In this document: in pieces, positions 27,377 through 41,019 of the stretch
How the letters are laid out: each line of letters begins with the position of its first letter
How positions within the stretch are numbered: the stretch's first letter is position 1
Assembly (NCBI GenBank): GCA_050084515.1
Contig: CM114271.1
Coordinates: 10,354,001-10,418,000, forward strand
Length of the DNA: 64,000 nucleotides
Direction of reading: 5' to 3'
Source of the DNA: Blasia pusilla
Lineage: Eukaryota
Translations under genes and position numbers: made by a program
Notes under the pieces: model-generated
Told to the model about the DNA's origin: nothing
Seen by the model: the letters and a program-made list of their open reading frames with translations, nothing else
Databases searched by the model: none

Positions 27377-30250
27377 TTTTTTTCAGGATGCAGATTATAG
27401 AGTCAAGTGGGAAACCAGAGTGGAATAGCGGAGATAATCTAACAACTTCTGTATCCAAAGTTGGAACAAATGATGTAGGAACATTATTGTCCAAAGGGGA
27501 GGAAAATGTAGAGTACTTCGGGCTATGAGACGACAGGTGTGAAAGAGTGAGAGCAGCAACACGTCTCCTTGCTTCCAAGTGGAGGTTTGACTCACCTTTG
27601 ATCTTTTGCAAAGTTTCATCCTTCTAGTTATTTTACACTATAATGTATATTAGTGAATACATGTTTGGAATAATTCCATGAGTTTTTCTACTGTTATATA
27701 GTTGCATATCCCTGGATTGTATGCTCTATACGTACTTGGGCATCTGACATTTTTTTGTATTACATATTGGTTTGTAGGTTAGTATTTCCAGAGGAGATAC
27801 CTAAAGCCAAGGCAAGCATAATACATGCTAAAAGAAGGTCACATACATCAACACCTAAAGTCCAGTTTACTCGCCACCAGTGCTTACAATTGAAGATGGA
27901 GGAATCCGGGTCTTCACATGGTGAAGACAAGTTTCATAGCAATGGTTCACAATCAGACCCACGATTCGATGTTAATCTAGAGAAATCAAGCCCTGAACCC
28001 TCACAGTTTGCTCGAGCAAGCACCTCCAAGTCTCCTCTCAAGATCAACAAGCGTCGTAAACCTGGAGATGAATGTGGAAGATTCCTCCTATCCTTTATCC
28101 TAATATGGTGGTCTATGTATCTCACTCTTAACTTTGTAGTTAATAGAGTTGCATCTACATGAATATATGTTCAAGAATGTGCTAACATATTTCTTTTTTT
28201 GTTGTGTAGGGAAAGAGTCTAGCCAAAATATGTGAGGAAAATCAAGCAAATTACCCTCCTACTGCATACCCTTGGCCTTATCTCGACTATCATCCAACAT
28301 TTCACATGCCACCCTACTGGCCATCCTCAATACCAGGTTAGGGAATTCAATGATTACTTCTTGAGGTCAATCTCTTTACATGCATGTTATACTTTGAATA
28401 AAATCTTATCTAATACTATTATGTTTTGTTTAGCAGGGTCTGTTCCTCCAAGTTTGGTCCCACGTGGAAAATTTTATCCACCCCACCCATCACAAGGATT
28501 CTATGTACCAAAACCTACTCACCCATCAGAAGGAGTTCATGAGTGAAGAGACCATCAAACTCCACTTGGTAAGTTATAGGGAAATGCATGACATAATGAT
28601 ATAACATTCTATCTAACGTACTCGACACATGCAATTTATGCCTTTACAAATCCTAATTGTTTCTAGATCTTATATCTTCATCTAACTTCTCATTTTATAT
28701 TTGTAGACTCATTTGTTAAGCATATGCATCGCAAGGATGAGTATGAGAAGTAGAAGGCATCCACCAAGCAGCAAGAGCGTGCAAGGCTAAAACATATTAT
28801 AGAGGTCACTTCAAGGGTGAGATTATTTACGGATATGAGGGAAAAAGAGAATGGCATGATGATGTCAAGGCAAGTGTTCATCGCCACTTGGACCTTAGTA
28901 TAGTTGATGTTAGTAAAAAATCTGAGCAAGACTAGAGAACAATCCGTAGAGAGATAGAAAATTGCTATGAGTATGTTGGCGGTGAACGTAGTGACAGGTT
29001 TTGGCGTGTTTGTCTTCAAGATTTGATGAAATCTGAAAGGGCCCGCTTGAAGAAGCTTTGGGTAGAGAAAGGGTCACTTTCTTAATGTGCTTGTCCTTTG
29101 GAAGTGAATCCATGAACTTGGCAATCATTGAAGACCTATTGGTTGTCACCTGCACGACAACAAAAATCTGAAAGAATGAAGGCCAATAGATCTAAGGTCG
29201 AGAACCCAAATCCTAATGGTAGAAGAGGGTTTTCTGGACAAAAAATATGTTTGTAAGTAATCTAATCTTAGAACCTTCATGATTTACTTTTGGTTATGAG
29301 ATTATTGTGTGCCATAACCTTAGAATGTGAATTTCAGGTTTTTGAATCAGGTTTAGTTAATATTTTACTTGATTATTTCCATGTAGAAGAAGGAGCGGGG
29401 AACTTCACCCACTATACAAGAGATGCAAGAGTCTTTGAGTACCCCAAAAGTAGACCCAAGCCAAAAATCTATCAGCAATAAGGTACGATTGTGATAATAA
29501 GTCTGGGATTGGATGTGTGATTACAATTGAATCTTTTTAGATATGTTATTTTTGTGGTGCCATGTCGAGTTGGTCTTTGTATGTTTTTCTATGTTTATAG
29601 TACATGTCTTGTCTCTTCTATATGCTACACATCTCCTTTACCTTGTGCATGTGAGTGTTTATTTTAGTGGTAGACATTCCTTCTTATTTTTTCTCTTAGA
29701 TCTCTTCTCCTCAAAAACATTTTTGACCTGATTTTTTTCATAGGTTTGTAGTACTTGGCTTGCTATGTAGCTTCTATATTGTGTGATTATCATTTGATTT
29801 GTGTTTTTTAATGATATACTATTTGTTTCCTCTTGGTATTGGTGTATAGAGTATATGCTTGAGTGGTTTAGTTACTAGTTATGTACCTTATTATCGATGC
29901 ACGCACCTTTTTTTAATGCAGAGTTCTACGACAAGTTTGACCCATAGGATAGATGCCATGGAGGAAGAAAGCGCATCGACAAAGAAGGATATTATTGACA
30001 TCGAGGAGAACATTGCTCATATCATGGCAATGTTGTAAAAAATGACTCAGGCAGTGCCTCATAACACCACATATACTCATCCAGAAGTGTTAGTTCCAGC
30101 TAGAAGTCCTTTTCCTCCATATGTTCCCAAGGATATGAATCTTCCCTTAGCATCAAAATCAAAAGAAGATCCAAGAGACGCTAAATGGATTTAGAAGGGA
30201 ACTCTATAGGCAATTTAAGTCCTTTTCTTACTGATGATATTGGGAGCAAT
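27377..30250 (+). pseudogene. Probable CACTA second gene (TnpA/Ptta-like), multi-exon and decayed
   Basis: Lies downstream of TnpD with GT..AG intron-like T-rich segments. YWLSPARQQKSERMKANRSKV at about 29137-29200 resembles Ptta/En-Spm ORF2 proteins. Confidence 0.5.
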
Positions 30251-32109
30251 GTGGAGGTGATAGAGAAGAGTACAATTGAGCCTACTATTTATCACGACTT
30301 TTTAGGATAGATCAAAGAGATCTGATAGAGTGCCTTCACGAGTAGAGGAGAACATGCTCAAGAGTTCAAGGATGACTTGTTGCGGTCTCGGGAAACTTGA
30401 GAGAGCAGGTTTTCCCTTCGTTTCGGCTCATTTGGAGCCATATAGAGAAACTTACTATTTTGGGTAAGTTTATGTGTTTGGTAGAGTTGAATTTCCACTT
30501 TGGGAAGCGGACCTTGACCCGCTATAGCAAGTCAAGAGCCAAGGAGGTGACCTGCAAGCATAGGTTACCAAGGAGAGAGCTTGGGAGAGCGAAGGGGGTA
30601 TACCTCAAGGAGAGAGAGCTTGAGAGCTTATTCTCTCTTTGTTGAACCTCTTGGCATGAGGCGACGGAGCTATGGTCTTGCTTGCCTTGTGTGTGTAACC
30701 CAAGTCTCTCATTGAGAGTGGGTTTGGTTTGACATTGAGGGAGACATGTGAGAGTGCACACATTTGAGAGCTATGGTGTTGAGAGAGATTGGATCTTGAT
30801 TTACAAAGACAAAATGAGAGGGTGAGAGAGATTCATGGGGGAGCTCGCTGGTTGCTCGATGTTTGGTGCAGGTTGGGGACCATGTTCCCGGCTTCATGGC
30901 TCATGGGAGTGCTCATGAGAGCAAGAGTCGCGGTATTTTGACGTTTGTGTGGCGATTTTCTGTGTGAGAGAGTGGCGCGCGGAAGCGCTGCTCAATTTCT
31001 GATAGGGATTGATTAAGGGGGCAGGTTGCCCCATGTTCGTGCTTTAAGGAGTATCATGTAGCTTGCTGATTTTTATTTTCACAGGTTTTATATTTTTGTT
31101 GGGAGAAATTAGCACGGAAGCGCTGCCAAATTTTGTGAAGGAGAAAGAGATATTGGGCTTTATGACAGTCCCCATCAATTTTTATGGGATTGTCCGATTC
31201 AAAATATTTTTTAACGTTGTTGTAGAATGTGAAGCTGTGCATGCTCTGCAATTGACAATGCATAATTGGGAGTTGCGAGAAAAAAATATGGCCGATTTTG
31301 CAAACTGCCAATTTTCATGGTAAAAACGGCCAAACCCTAACTGCCTGGTGACAACGCCGTCGTTGGCAGCGTCATCATCGTCCGCGCCGTTGCCGTCCGT
31401 GTCATCGCCCTTTTCCGCCATGGCCGCTGCCTCTACCACCGCCACTTATCGCCGTCACCGCCATTGGTTGCCGTGCTGCTGTCATTTGCCGTTATCATCG
31501 CCAGCGCCTCTACTGCCACCACTTGTCACAGCCGTCACTACCGCCGCCACTATTAGTTGCCGTTGCCGCCGTCAACACAAGTTACCACCGTTGTTCAAGT
31601 CAACGGCTTGTCACCAATGGCAAGTAGGGCGGCCGCTGCCGTACTTGTTGAGTCTTTATGAGTCATTGCCACTCGTTAACTCCCAACTTTGACAATGTGA
31701 CCTTTTTGGATTCATGAGATCATGGGCTATGTTGTGATTGGTAGCCGCTTGACGACGATTGAGTACTATGCCGTGACGCCCGTAGCCGCAATGCGCCACC
31801 AATTGCCGTGTCGTTTTGTGCTGATGCTGAGAGCATCGATGATATATGGGTTTAGGGGACATCGACCTGTGTGGGATGTCCAGAGTTGAGGATGGTTTGT
31901 CGATGAGATGATAGATCAATTGATTTGCCGGACCACGCCGCTTGTTGCCGCACAACACACGTCTCAGTGAGAGAGGGTAGATTGAGTGCCGCATGTTCAG
32001 TTTGAGGGATTACTCACAAGATTGAGAGTGATTGTGTGAGAGGGGCACCGGGGTCATCACGGTATCCTTTCAGGATTTTGAGAGGCAAGCTAGTGGACTT
32101 AAGACTAGC

Positions 32110-33190
32110 TATGGAGGGTTTACCCGGAGTGGTGCGAGGTTTTGAGGGTCTCCACGTGAGAGACCACCTCGATCTCCTTCTATGTCGACTTCAGACAAGG
32201 GGGAGCATGTAGAGAAGTGTGTTAGTGGTCCACCATACACATTGAGTGGTCCTATCAGTTGGGCGTACGAGATGGACGACCAAGGTAGAGGGCCGCATAG
32301 GTTTTTGGATACTGTAGGCACTATAGAGCTACATGACTTCATTGCGGAGTTTAGGAGTTGGTGTGACTCATAGCGGGCTAGGAACTCTAGAGAGTTCAAC
32401 CCGTTTACAGTATGGAACGGTATGTTCCAGCATTTAGAGGGGGCGCCCATGATGATTACCATGAGTTCTCCCACAGATATGCTCAGGAGATTGAGGCATG
32501 GCGACTCTACTATGACCCACACTATGTGTCATGGACGGAGCCGTTCCCAGGTGAGGAGGAGGAGTCAGGAGAGGCTACTTCCTCTTCCACTAGTGATGTT
32601 TTAGGAGGGGTAACTCGCACTAGAGCAGTTGCACCGTCTAGTTGGGTTTGTCTCAAGTTGAGTTCTTTGCTGAGTTGAGGACGAGCTACCAGGGGGTACG
32701 AATGGAGAATTTGCGGAGCATCCATGACTTCCAGAGGCGCCTAGGTGAGAGTTTGCGTGAGGCTAACACTCGCTTGTGCCAGTTGATCAACGTCACTCAG
32801 GGGTGACAGAGGCTTAGGCTATCTAGTCATGGTACGCAATGTTGGACCGAACCCTGCGGACACGGGTGCGGAAGGGGATTCTTCTTATGGACACCTCCCC
32901 TACGTTGAGAGATGTTTTTAGGACTTCCAAGAACATTGAGCGCAACATGGCGGAGGAGAGCGTAGCCACCATGGGTTCTGGGCGAGAGCGGTCACGATTG
33001 CCTGTACCACTAGTGCACAAACGTGGATTCCAAGATAGGTTGACTCTGACACCGCGAGCACAGGGAGGATACCGGGAGGCCGTGCCACAAAGACCCGCGC
33101 CTTCATATGCGGCTTAGCAGCAACCGCCTACAATTACTTGTTGGTCATGTGGCGGAGCCCATCGTCAGCGCGATTGCACTTGTTACGGTT
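32110..33190 (+). pseudogene. Gypsy-type gag with CCHC zinc knuckle, truncated paralogue of the gag at 41020-42090
   Basis: GGFTRSGARF start, EFRSWCD...FNPFTVW, LRTRVRKGILLMDTSPTLRDVF, CWSCGGAHRQRDC at 33138-33176. All are mirrored in the 41-42 kb copy. Confidence 0.85.
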
Positions 33191-33204
33191 ATACACGTGT
33201 GCCT

Positions 33205-34434
33205 TAGCATCGGGGAGGAGATAGAGGAGAGGAAGAGAGGAAGAGAGGAAGAGAGGAGACAGGAGACAGGAAACTACCTTTAACCCAAAGTGATACTTTT
33301 TTTTAAGAGAGTTTCCTGTGATTTGAAGAGAGTTTCCATTGGGTTGAAGAGAGGAAACTTTTTTGTGAATTTTTTTGCACTTTTGTTCTCAATGCTTAGG
33401 CACTCCCACAGTTTTTTTTTCCTCTTCTACATTTTGGCAACCCATCTGAATACGACGGGTTGCAATTTGCACAAAATTTAAAAAACTGAAAAATTTGTAG
33501 AATCATAAATGTGGAACAAATCACTTTTTCCATCCAAGGTCTCGAAAAAATCTATCATTCGCCCTGGGCTGAATAGATTTCAAGCTGAAAGTGAAGGTTC
33601 TGGCAAATGAAAGTACAATCTAAGACCTCATTTTGCATCCTCAAAGTGGTTTGTTTAAAATACTTTGCACTTCTTTGAGGGAAAAAATTGGTTGGTGGAT
33701 TCCTACTCCTACCTCCGACTCTCTTAAAACTACAAGCAACACATAGTTCATGTGCTTACAAGGGAATACCTTTTCCCACTTGTCTCTCTTTGGACAAAGT
33801 CATCACAGGAACATGTGGGAAAGCAACAGATGTGCACCACATATACCCCTGTGACACTTGAATTTACAGTGTTGTTCTTGACCCAATACATCCTTCCTAT
33901 TCCACTGCCACTCTGAACATCTTTTGTGGCAATGATTTCCATGTTTGCCTCACGAGCTGATGCAGTTCTCTTTGCTCTCTCCACCGTTGGCCTACACATT
34001 CTGTTTCTCTTCATCCCATTTCTAGACTCAAATAGAAATAGTGGATTGAGATCATCCACCTTCTTCGGGTACATGTTGACATCAATCTTGGGTTGAATAC
34101 AAAATGCAAAGGTCTCTGTAATGCGAACATGCTCCAAACTTCCTCCGTCTACGATTCTAAAACTGACACTTGTAAGATTGTCCACTTTGTCCTGAGTGCA
34201 ATTCGTACCTGCGGCAATGGGCCAAATCGTGGGGGTATTCCCTGGAGCTCCAATGGCAGCCGAATAAGACTTTCGGAAGAAATACTTAAATTGATCCTCG
34301 GTCCTCGTGAAACGATCAAAGGTTTTGAGTCCCCAAAATCCAGGCAATGGTCGTCTAGTCCTTATACAGTTGTTATTTAGGAAAGTGCCGCATGTTCTCC
34401 TAATGCCATCAGATCCTGCCCTACAAGTGGGCTT
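33205..34434 (-). mobile_element. Second, 5'-truncated copy of the MULE/SWIM element
   Basis: ORF 33748-34347 is highly similar to 16899-17700 (MKRNRMCRPTVERAKR...CCFPTCSCDDF). The subterminal sequence matches 16530-16900. Confidence 0.88.
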
Positions 34435-35061
34435 GGGGAGGACAGTGTATGTATACCTCCTACATCACCTACGAAGTTTTGGAATCGAAAACCCCTAACT
34501 TATAATTGTAAAATTCTTTAGTAACCCCTAACTTACTTTAAAAATGCTAATTTAAAAAAATTATGACCCCTATATTTTGTTAAGTAAATTTTTGTCTTTG
34601 ATTTGTTTAGGGGCTTTAAAGTAAAGATAAGTTTACCTTCACGTGGCGGACTTGTGTTGTTGCACTTGATAACAGTCTTCACGTTCAGGGATATCCACCA
34701 CCACTGCCAAACATAGTAACTTTAGCACTTATGACGAAGAGGAATTGAACCTCACAATGAGCAAGATGCTCACTTGTCAAGACCCGTCATCCCCCTAACC
34801 TATTCCATCCCAAAAATATCCTATCATAATCTCAAAAAATTACTTCACACTATAACATGCACATCACTTGGCAAAAGATGACTTGATGCGGATGTAATCA
34901 TTGACCACTTGTAAATCACCATTATCCAATTCATATATCCTAGATGTAAGACTTGGCTTCATGGAAAAACTCACATTAGAAATTACCATTTTAATATCAA
35001 TATATTGACCATCACATGCATCATTTGTGAACAAGGTGTTGCTCTTACCTAAGCGTCGATA

Positions 35062-37120
35062 TCAATTGCACAATATTTGACAAACATTACTTGTCTGCCC
35101 ATCTTTTGGGACAGGCCGGTCCAAAAGATCAATAGGAGATCTACATCTACCCCATTGACTACCATATTTCTGTTTGATGAATAGAATGAAACCTAACCAA
35201 AATTCATTTGTAGGGACTATCCTATTCTCATCGAGTTCTTTTTGTTTTCTCTTCTTTGACTTACTTGATCTAGTAGAAGGGCCCACTTGTGTAGTAGATT
35301 AAAAAAAATAGCTATATCACTTCCAATGTCAACATAACAAGTTAGAAAATCTGGATAAGTTGGTTCTTTTACCTTACCTGTAGTGTAATATGTTTTCTGT
35401 GACATACGTGTTAGCCTATCTTTAGAAATGAAGGATTGCACGTCCAATCATTCACCAAAGTAGACTTGAAGTATACTCTGCCCTCAAAGGCCATAGTAGG
35501 CACAACTCAACAAAGAACTTAATCAGTACACTCTTGCAGAATTAAACAGAATACATGCCTTACCTCATGTCCTAAAGTTTATGTCTCTATGGATGGATCG
35601 TTACCTACATCTTCGGCGAAGTACTCACCAATCACTCTAGAATCAAAGGAGGCTTGTGCATCACTTTCCCACACATCAAGACTATTCAAATCATTTGACA
35701 TTGGATCATCAACTTTTATTTCATCAACACTAGAATCCTCGAGCAGAAAAGGGCCTAATTTTGGTCTGTGTTCTATGAATTCCTCAGAGTCATCACATGC
35801 AATTGCCTCATTCATAACAACAAAATCAAGCCACGTCTCTACCTCCACATCCTATTGATGCAACCACCATCGCCTCTGAGCTACTGGCAAAGAAGACCTA
35901 GGGGACATATTCAACCTGATCAATATTGATTTTGCTTCATCCAAACCCTCCTTAAGGGCATCAACTACTAGCTCATTTGTCTCAATCAATGAATAATCAA
36001 AGAAGTTAGGAGCATCTTCTCCTACACTATAACGAATGGAGTGTTCCCCACACATGATCTTGCTATGGGTGAGACCGGCCAATCTTTAATCCTTGTGGTC
36101 CAAACTCCAAGCCATCTAGTCTATTCAATCCCACTGCACTATCCAACAAAGACCCAAAATCATAATTGCATTCATGGCCACTCATTCCACCTACCTTGTT
36201 GAAGAAGATCTCACAACGATGAGATCTTAGGAGGTGAAATGGAACTTGCAAGTATTGATATTTGTCATTGAAATCACACGTTAGTAATACAATAAAATGG
36301 CAAGACATGTTGATATCATGGAAAGCTTGCACTGATATCATGTTCTTCTCTGTCACAGATCCTACACTCTCTGTCACAAAATGATCACCATGTCTTAGCC
36401 AAAGTCTCCAGAGTCAAAAGATCCACGACACTTTAGATGCCAAAACTACACGAATTCTCAAGTCATGCTTATGTGAGAAGAAAATATCAATGTAATCACC
36501 ACAAACCTCCAAGTACAGTTGGGTCCCAAGGCTTCTGTCATGACGAACATCCATTCTCTCAAACATATCCTGCAAGCATGGTTGCACTCTCTTTGAAGCA
36601 ATTTGTTGAGGCCCAGCCCAATTCTGCATGTCAGTCCTATTCACATCATCCCACTTCAAGCCATGTTCATGAATTTTGTAGTGGTTATAGACATTTGTGA
36701 CATATGAAAAAGATGCATGTTGATCTCCAAGGATACAAGTAGCTGAGCATCTATCCAATGGATTAATTGCTTTCTTCCCATTGTGAGGTGCATCCCGGTC
36801 TCCAACACCATATAGATCACCATTAGGCAGGACACAGACATAATACTGTCATCCTTCCTACACCACAAAGTACCTAGGTGTAGTAGAGTTAACACCCATG
36901 TAATCCTCCATCATTAGTTTTCTAGGATGGGCATCTTCGCCACTGGCATGTCCTGATACAGGCCCGACATCACCTCAAAAATACTCATCCCACATTGCTT
37001 TCAACAATTGCCAATGTTCTCTCACCCACTCTACAGTGAACTTGTTACACATGGTAGTAACATAGATGGCCAATTTAGGCATAGACGCATGAACATGATT
37101 AACACTGATAACTCTAGTAT
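35062..37120 (-). pseudogene. P-element/THAP9-like DDE transposase, decayed
   Basis: Manual minus-strand translation gives CNKF...GP.SGHAS(D/G)ED..RKLM, DRDAPHNGKKAINPL (D-x2-H motif), DMQNW, GTQLYL...YIDIF, and SHRCEIFF..VGG, which resembles the P-type QD.LE.FF. Confidence 0.6.
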
Positions 37121-37121
37121 A

Positions 37122-37290
37122 CCGGACTTCTTTTTAAGTGTCTATAATGAAGTGACTGCGTAAGCAACAGAATAAAAATAGATGGAATAAACACATTGAA
37201 AATGCATGACTATAGAAAAACTACGAAAGCTACATTTCTCTATTAATAAACACAAGTTCAAGGCATTGAAACTATATGTCTCCTCTACTG
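37122..37290 (+). repeat. ~170-bp dispersed duplication, partner at 38256-38423
   Basis: CCGGACTTCTTTTTAAGTGTCTA...GAAACTATATGTCTCCTCTAC occurs at both sites. Confidence 0.9.
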
Positions 37291-37310
37291 TCTGCTCTAC
37301 AATCAGTACT

Positions 37311-37875
37311 ACTTAATGAGTACAATCAGTCTCTCTAAGGTTGATATCTCTGCACAATACTGGATCTCTTGTTCCAAATTCAAAACACACATAGCAAGAG
37401 CATATGTTGGTCACACCAAAATTGTTCAACACCTTCAGTACCCTTGATTCATTGCCCAAAGTTGTTGCCACTGGGTAAGTAATGTCTAATGGAGATCCCA
37501 ATCAGGTAAAATAGATGGTGTGGTGAAGAGTTCGAGAAACCCGTCGCTACAGGCCATGGGGTCTATGGTCACAAGGCTACAACAAGAATAACTTAATGAG
37601 TACAATCAATCTCTCTGAGGCTAATATCTCTATTCAATACTCGATCTCTTGTACAAAATTCAAAACACACATAGTAAGAGCATATGCTGGTCACACTAGA
37701 ATTGTTCAACACCTTAGGCACCTTGATTCATTGCCCAAAGCTGTTGCCATTGGGTAAGTAATGTCTATTGGAGATCCCAATCAGGTGATGGTGTGGTGAA
37801 GAGTTCCAACAAATCAATATCAGATGTGAGGGGGTCTAAAGTTACAAGGATACAACAAGCACTACTCAATGAGTA
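37311..37875 (+). repeat. Tandem duplication of a ~280-bp unit
   Basis: ACTTAATGAGTACAATCA...GGAGATCCCAATCAGGT starts at 37311 and 37591; the start of a third unit appears at about 37864. Confidence 0.9.
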
Positions 37876-39259
37876 AAATTACTCACCACAAGTGTTTCCC
37901 AAGTGCAAAGAGAAAACTTTATCTCAATAGATATGTGGTAGTACTGACGTATAGTATGGTGCAAATCCGATCCAAATTTTTTTTTTGTTTAAAGGTGATC
38001 ACAAATAATGTATACAGTAATATATTGAATTTCTTAAAGATGGCAACGCAAGAGTAAGGAGTTATTTGAAAACATACTTGTAAGGATGTTGACAATGTTG
38101 CAGAGTCGCACGTCTCAATAAACCGAGGTTGAGTCCTATGCATAACATGCTGGAAGTTTTTAGAAACACTCATAAGTTAAGCATGATTTGTGGAAATAAC
38201 ATGATTAGTAGCAATGAGGCCTCACAATATGACAGGTTGAAATGTTGTGTGCAAGCCGGACTTCTTTTTAAGTGTCTACAATGAAGCGATTGCGTAAACA
38301 ACAGAAAAAAAATATATGGAACAAACACATTGAAAATGCAGGATTATAGCAAAACTACAAAAACTACACTTCTCTATTAATAAACACAAGTCAAGGCATT
38401 GAAACTATATGTCTCCTCTACTTTTTGCTCTACTCCATTGAGCTATGTAGGTTATTTCAATTCTATGAATAGGCCACTCTCTCTCTCCCGAAGTATCAAG
38501 AGATACATCTTCCTGGCAGCAAGCCTTTTGCCTCTTCTCACACGTCAAGCAACCCAACTTGATCGGCCTCTAGTTGTGATTTCAACACATATCCTGTCTC
38601 GAAGCCCTCCACCTTGCCAAAGCTTCTCGATCGGCCTGTATTTTTGGAAGCTCGAAGCCCTTCGCCCAGCCAAAGCTCCTCGCCATTTCTCACACATTGA
38701 AGCCTAACCAATGTTTCTCAATTGGCCTCAACAACTACTTCCCGCCGTGCAGGTTCATCTTTCCCGCCTAGTCCGATCCCCTTTCTTAGGTTTTTCTCTT
38801 GGCAAAGTGCGCTCGTAGGTTCAGTGACACAAAACTGGGGTTTTTTTTTAGTTCGGAGAATTAAAGCATATCCATAATACCTTACCCCATAAGAAAAACC
38901 AGAGTTGATATATGGACCAATACACAATTGACACATGTAGTTTCGAGTATAATCCAAAAAATCCCCCTTACTTTCTTGGACATCTTCCGTGTATTCCCGG
39001 AGAATAAATCATGCCCTATTGTTTTTATAGGTGTAGTCGTAAATAAAAAATACCCTTAAGTTCTTCCACAATGCTTTAAAAGTCTTCCCCGGAATCCAAT
39101 TAAAAAACCCTATACTTTGTTGTACGTGATGTGTATATTCCGCAGAAGTGAGACCCCTCGAGTGTTAGCCACAGAGTTAGTGGAGTTGAGGGAGGCATGA
39201 GATCTTAAGTTCTGATTCAGGAGAGCCCTCCCAAGAGGCAATTTGGAGCAGAGCGGCGA

Positions 39260-40360
39260 AGTGGGAATCGGAATTGAAGTTTTGGTTCACCAGCACGGGC
39301 CAAGTCACCTAAAGGGCACGGCATGGCACGGTGTGGCAAGGGTGATAAGGATCTGCAAAAGGGATTTGGAACTCAAGTTCCATTTCGAGCACAATTAAGC
39401 CAAGGCATGGTTCAACTACATGGTGGTCATCTTGATGGCGTAGCAAAGATCACGGGGCGGGAGTGACAAGGAAGCAAGGAGGATTTGGAACTCAAGTTCC
39501 AATTCTACCTGAGTTGGAGAACAGTGGAGCATCTCAACTGCAGTTGACTACTACAACGTGGCACAATGCGGCGGCATAGGGAAGTGAAGTGAGGAGGCAG
39601 TTGGAACTTCAATTCCAATTCCGCTCTTCAGTTGTGAGTCTTCTCTACAGGGAGGTGGGGAGGATAGGAAGGAGAAAATTAGAACTCTAGTTCCCATTCC
39701 ACTCCTCAGTTGTGTTGGGTTCTCTCTACATGGAGGTGGAGAGGATAGTGAAGGCAATAAGAACTCAAGTTCTGATCCCTTTGGCGCGACCCAAGAAGTG
39801 AGGTCGGCGATACTCCCAATTTCAGCACAGCATCTAGAGGAAGAAGAGAAGAATTGGAACTCAAGTTTCCATTCCGGGGATTCTCAAGTGGGGCGCGGCT
39901 TTTCTTCAAGTGCAGCAAGAGGAAGAAGGAAGAATCGGAACTGTGCTTCCTATTCTGTGGCTTGTTCAAGTGGGCGCGGCTCTTTCTATCAGGTGCGGCG
40001 CGACGCAGCTTATGAAGCAGAGAGGAAGGAGTGAGCAATTGGAACTTAAGTTCCAATTCCATCATTTGGCTGTGAAGTTAGGAAAGAAGGAGTGAGCCAA
40101 GAGCATTTGGAACTGAAGTTCCAATTCGGTACTCTTTCAGGTGAAGGAATTTCATACGTCCAAGTTTCAAGCGAGTTGGAAAAGCGGCGCAACAATCACA
40201 ACCTAAGTTCCCATTGGGATGGTCCGTAGCCCGTTTCTATCCCGAGGTAGTCTCTTTTGGTGCGGGCAAGAATCGGAACTGAAGTTCCCATTCCCACCTT
40301 AGTCTCCAGTAGATTTGGCGTTTGTGGCGCGGCGCAAATCAGAACTGAAGTTCCAATTCA
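39260..40360. repeat. Spaced array of about 13 quasi-palindromic motifs TGGAACTNAAGTTCCA
   Basis: Copies at about 39269, 39367, 39486, 39602, 39681, 39761, 39855, 39936, 40040, 40108, 40200, 40274 and 40341. Confidence 0.85.
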
Positions 40361-41019
40361 CATGTGAGTTTGGCGCAGCAAAGCATGGCGGAGAAGTGAG
40401 TGGGAGGTGAGGCGGGTGAATCATGGGTACTCGAGGCAGGAGAGGTGTCGAAGGTGAGAGTGGATGTGAGAGGCGTTGAAGGCACCAGAAGCCATCTTGC
40501 TGGCGGCAAGATGGCTTGCTGGCGGCATCTTGTTGGCGGCAAGATGGCGGGCGTCAGGACTTGGCAAGCTGATGTTGATCCAATTCAGCATAACTTCTAG
40601 GTCACCCATCCCAATTCTATTCCTCTAGAGTGTGCTTAACTGGAGAGTTCTTTTGCATGTTGTGTTACCAACACACCCATAAGGAAGTGATGGAATTCAC
40701 TTACCTTGCTGCTTATGGAGATGTTTGAGGGGTGATCTTTGGATGACACACATTGTGGATTAGTGCATTGCTGAGTGCACAGCACTACCGCGACTATTGT
40801 AGAGAACTTGGTGGGATGGATGTATACCACACTAGTTGGGAGTGACTTAGTGTGCGGGCTATTTGCCACGTGTTGATCTCAAGTGAGATAAGTGGGGGCG
40901 TGTCCACAGTTTGGGCATTGTCTAGTGCAGAGCTAGTGGCTCGGGAGTGAGTCATAGTAATTTGCAAGTTTCACCACTGCGCATCCACAAAGTATTGGGG
41001 AGTGTGGTAGTGGTAGAAG

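Noticed and set aside
30300-31050. 5' LTR of the 32-kb gag copy
   Set aside because: The composition is LTR-like, but I could not identify a TG..CA pair, PBS or second copy.
31330-31692. GC-rich 114-aa ORF as a host gene exon
   Set aside because: It is a low-complexity GCC/CCG-rich stretch between TE fragments with no recognisable domain.
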